Shown: positions 62,701 to 64,000 of the stretch, piece after piece | How the letters are laid out: the number at the start of each line of letters is the position of its first letter | How positions within the stretch are numbered: position 1 is the first letter of the stretch | Source: an uncultured Duncaniella sp. | GTDB lineage: Bacteria; Bacteroidota; Bacteroidia; Bacteroidales; Muribaculaceae | DNA length: 64,000 nucleotides | Assembly: GCF_910588795.1 (NCBI RefSeq) | Contig: NZ_CAJURI010000003.1 | Reading direction: 5' to 3' (one strand) | Notes under the pieces: model-generated | Seen by the model: the letters and a program-made list of their open reading frames with translations, nothing else | Database searches by the model: none | What the model was told of the DNA's origin: nothing | Program-made: the position numbers and the translations under genes

Positions 62701-63554
62701 CGGTTGGCCTCGGTCAGGTAATTATTGGTAGAGATGCATATCAGACGGTCGTGAGCCTCGGCATCCTCGGCATTTATGAAATGGGAGTCGTTTGTGGCTA
62801 TTATCTTTATGTCATGCTTGCGTGCAAGTTCTATCAGGACCGGATTGACACGCTCCTGCTCTATATAGGTGTCACGGTTGGCACCCGGCAGATCGGTCTT
62901 GTGACGCTGAAGCTCTATATAATAGTCGTCACCGAATGTCTCCTTGAACCACTGCACCTGACGGTCGGCTTCGGCAATGTCTCCCGCCATTATATATTTA
63001 GGTATCTCACCGCCCAGACAGGCCGAACATACTATGAGCCCTTCCTTATGGGCAGCAAGAGCCTTCTTGTCGGTGCGGGGATGATGATAGAACCCCTCGG
63101 TATGGGCCTGTGACACTATCTTTATCAGGTTCTTGTAGCCGGTGAGATTCTTGGCGAGCACTATGAGGTGGCGGCCTTTGTCACTCTTATCACTCCGGTC
63201 AGCAAGATCGCCCTTGGCCACGTACATCTCACACCCGAATATAGGCTTGAACTTCAATTTCTTTTCAAGCTTGGTTATCTCTGACTCCACCTCAGGGCGC
63301 AGAGCCTCACGCTCCTCGTCAGTAGCAGCCTCTTCAAGACGTTTGCGTGCATCCTCGATCTTCCCCTTATACTTTTTCTTGAGCTTGTTCACATAATTGA
63401 ACAGCTCCTTGATCCCGAACATATTGCCGTGGTCAGTCAGGGCAAATCCCGGCATGCCCAGGTCAATAGCCTTGTCGACAAGCCCCGTCACAGAAGCCTG
63501 CCCGTCAAGCAATGAATACTGGCTGTGGACATGAAGATGTACAAATGGGATCAT
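59742..63554 (-). CDS. dnaE: DNA polymerase III alpha subunit
   Basis: HLHVHSQYSLLDG PHP domain, GPGRGSAAGS, PDIDVDF, KMDFLGL, YAFNKSH, C-terminal OB fold; TACCTTTG promoter at 63598-63605. Confidence 0.97.
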   Translation of the reverse strand: MIPFVHLHVHSQYSLLDGQASVTGLVDKAIDLGMPGFALTDHGNMFGIKELFNYVNKLKKKYKGKIEDARKRLEEAATDEEREALRPEVESEITKLEKKLKFKPIFGCEMYVAKGDLADRSDKSDKGRHLIVLAKNLTGYKNLIKIVSQAHTEGFYHHPRTDKKALAAHKEGLIVCSACLGGEIPKYIMAGDIAEADRQVQWFKETFGDDYYIELQRHKTDLPGANRDTYIEQERVNPVLIELARKHDIKIIATNDSHFINAEDAEAHDRLICISTNNYLTEANRMRYTKQEWFKSQEEMAAIFPDLPEALSNTIEILDKVETYSIDHAPIMPFFEIPKEFGTEEEYRARITEKELFDEFTQDENGNVVLSPEKAQAKIDKLGGYDKLYRIKFEADYLSKLAYEGADRRYGSPLTPELEERIKFELYIMKTMGFPGYFLIVQDFINAARSKLGVSVGPGRGSAAGSVVAYCLGITQVDPIKYDLLFERFLNPDRISLPDIDVDFDDDGRGDVLHYVTEKYGEEKVAHIITFGTMAAKSAIKDVARVEQLPLPESNRLANLVPKRMPDGPDGKTLKTNLNNCYKYVPEFSPELSSHNPLIRETLEYARRLEGNVRNTGVHACGVIICRDPITDWVPVATAVDKNPGASGNDKMIVTQYEGSIIEDTGLIKMDFLGLKTLSIIKEAIHNIKETRGIDIDIDSIDINDPKTYELYCQGNTTGTFQFESAGMQKYLRELQPSTFEDLIAMNALYRPGPMDYIPDFIARKHGRSPITYDIPVMEKYLKDTYGVTVYQEQVMLLSRLLANFTRGQSDSLRKAMGKKLIDKMNELEALFMQGGQANGHDPKVLTKIWNDWKKFASYAFNKSHATCYSWVAFQTAWLKANYPSEYMAAILTRNRSDINKLTGFMDECKRMHIKVLGPDVNESFMEFGVNSHGDVRFGLAAIKGIGEGVVKAIIEERDAHGPYESPYDFVERVPSGVINRRILENLVNAGAFDSFKEMKREDYFGENAKGEVFSEVLVRYGQAFHNDKMSSAMSLFGDDADMATAGRPSFVPAPEVPMAVKLEKERELVGMYLSAHPLDPYYMELNHGTGCTVKEFTEKSPAEGMDVKLGGMVVDFQTRQGQRGPFGILKIEDFTGSVEFMLFGQTYIDFHNYGIPGTPILISGQYQRRFANSELRFNIMNIQLLENVKGKLVKNITIEVDASKMNKFLMTLIDEKVKGEGNPEGELAFRVFDPSINRTLHMSSARRIHITRGLVEALEEENISYKIND

Positions 63555-63679
63555 GGAAATAGAAAGATCAAAAATCGGTTAAGGCAAAACACCGAGTCAA
63601 AGGTACACATTATTCCCTTAATTAATCACCTAAAAAATGCTAAAAATCCTCACCGGCAGCATGACACTGCACATGATGA

Positions 63680-64000
63680 TTATTTAAGGGCATCCTCCAC
63701 GGCTTTCCATATTCCCTCGCCCCTTATTTCACGGGCCACCATAGTGCCGTCAGGCGCGAAAAGCATTATCATAGGTATCCCGTCGAATCCATAAACCTCC
63801 ATAGGCTTCATCCCTGCATCAATAATCTGAGGCCATTTGTACCCTTCAGAAGCAATGGCTTTCAGTGTGCGGGCAGGATCATCCCACGTAGCCACACCAA
63901 GTATCTGAAGGCGTTCATCCCCTCCGTATTTCTCATATAAAGGGACAAGTGTCTCCCTCCCCTCGGCACGACACGGCATACACCAGCTTGCCCAGAAATC
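63680..64000 (-). CDS. TlpA/ResA-like thiol-disulfide oxidoreductase, C-terminal part (truncated by window end)
   Basis: Reads DFWASWCMPCRAE from the window edge; GIP.IML cis-Pro loop. Confidence 0.85.
   Translation of the reverse strand, partial: DFWASWCMPCRAEGRETLVPLYEKYGGDERLQILGVATWDDPARTLKAIASEGYKWPQIIDAGMKPMEVYGFDGIPMIMLFAPDGTMVAREIRGEGIWKAVEDALK

Noticed and set aside
63250..63400. Coiled-coil insertion in the DnaE PHP domain as a possible intein or mobile insert
   Set aside because: Short and helical with no intein splice motifs; similar inserts occur in Bacteroidales DnaE (from recall).

Overview
64 kb of a Bacteroidales chromosome (TAnnTTTG promoters, AT-rich translation starts and gene repertoire; Muribaculaceae-like by impression, not proven). 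It is mostly housekeeping (mgtE end, metG, ansA, S41 protease, rprY/rprX-like two-component system, GH3, GH2, nnr, murI, truA, speA, THUMP methyltransferase, purD, pdxB, trxA, dnaE). I saw no CRISPR array, transposase, integrase, rRNA or tRNA. Two things stand out. (1) A complete F1Fo ATP synthase operon (atpDCBEFHAG) is nested inside an 11-subunit 'headless' complex I operon, between nuoH and nuoI, giving one ~17.3 kb co-oriented bioenergetic super-operon. (2) The 13.7-15.5 kb interval looks RNA-rich: two candidate sRNAs with related terminators, and an orphan 300-aa helical protein immediately followed by a ~340-nt multi-stem candidate ncRNA, a possible uncharacterised protein-RNA module. 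Smaller items are an unannotated 57-aa ORF with a repeated Y[ML]ADW motif, a 45-bp perfect inverted repeat and a two-gene fimbrial-like cassette. Product calls come from motif recognition by eye; no searches were run.
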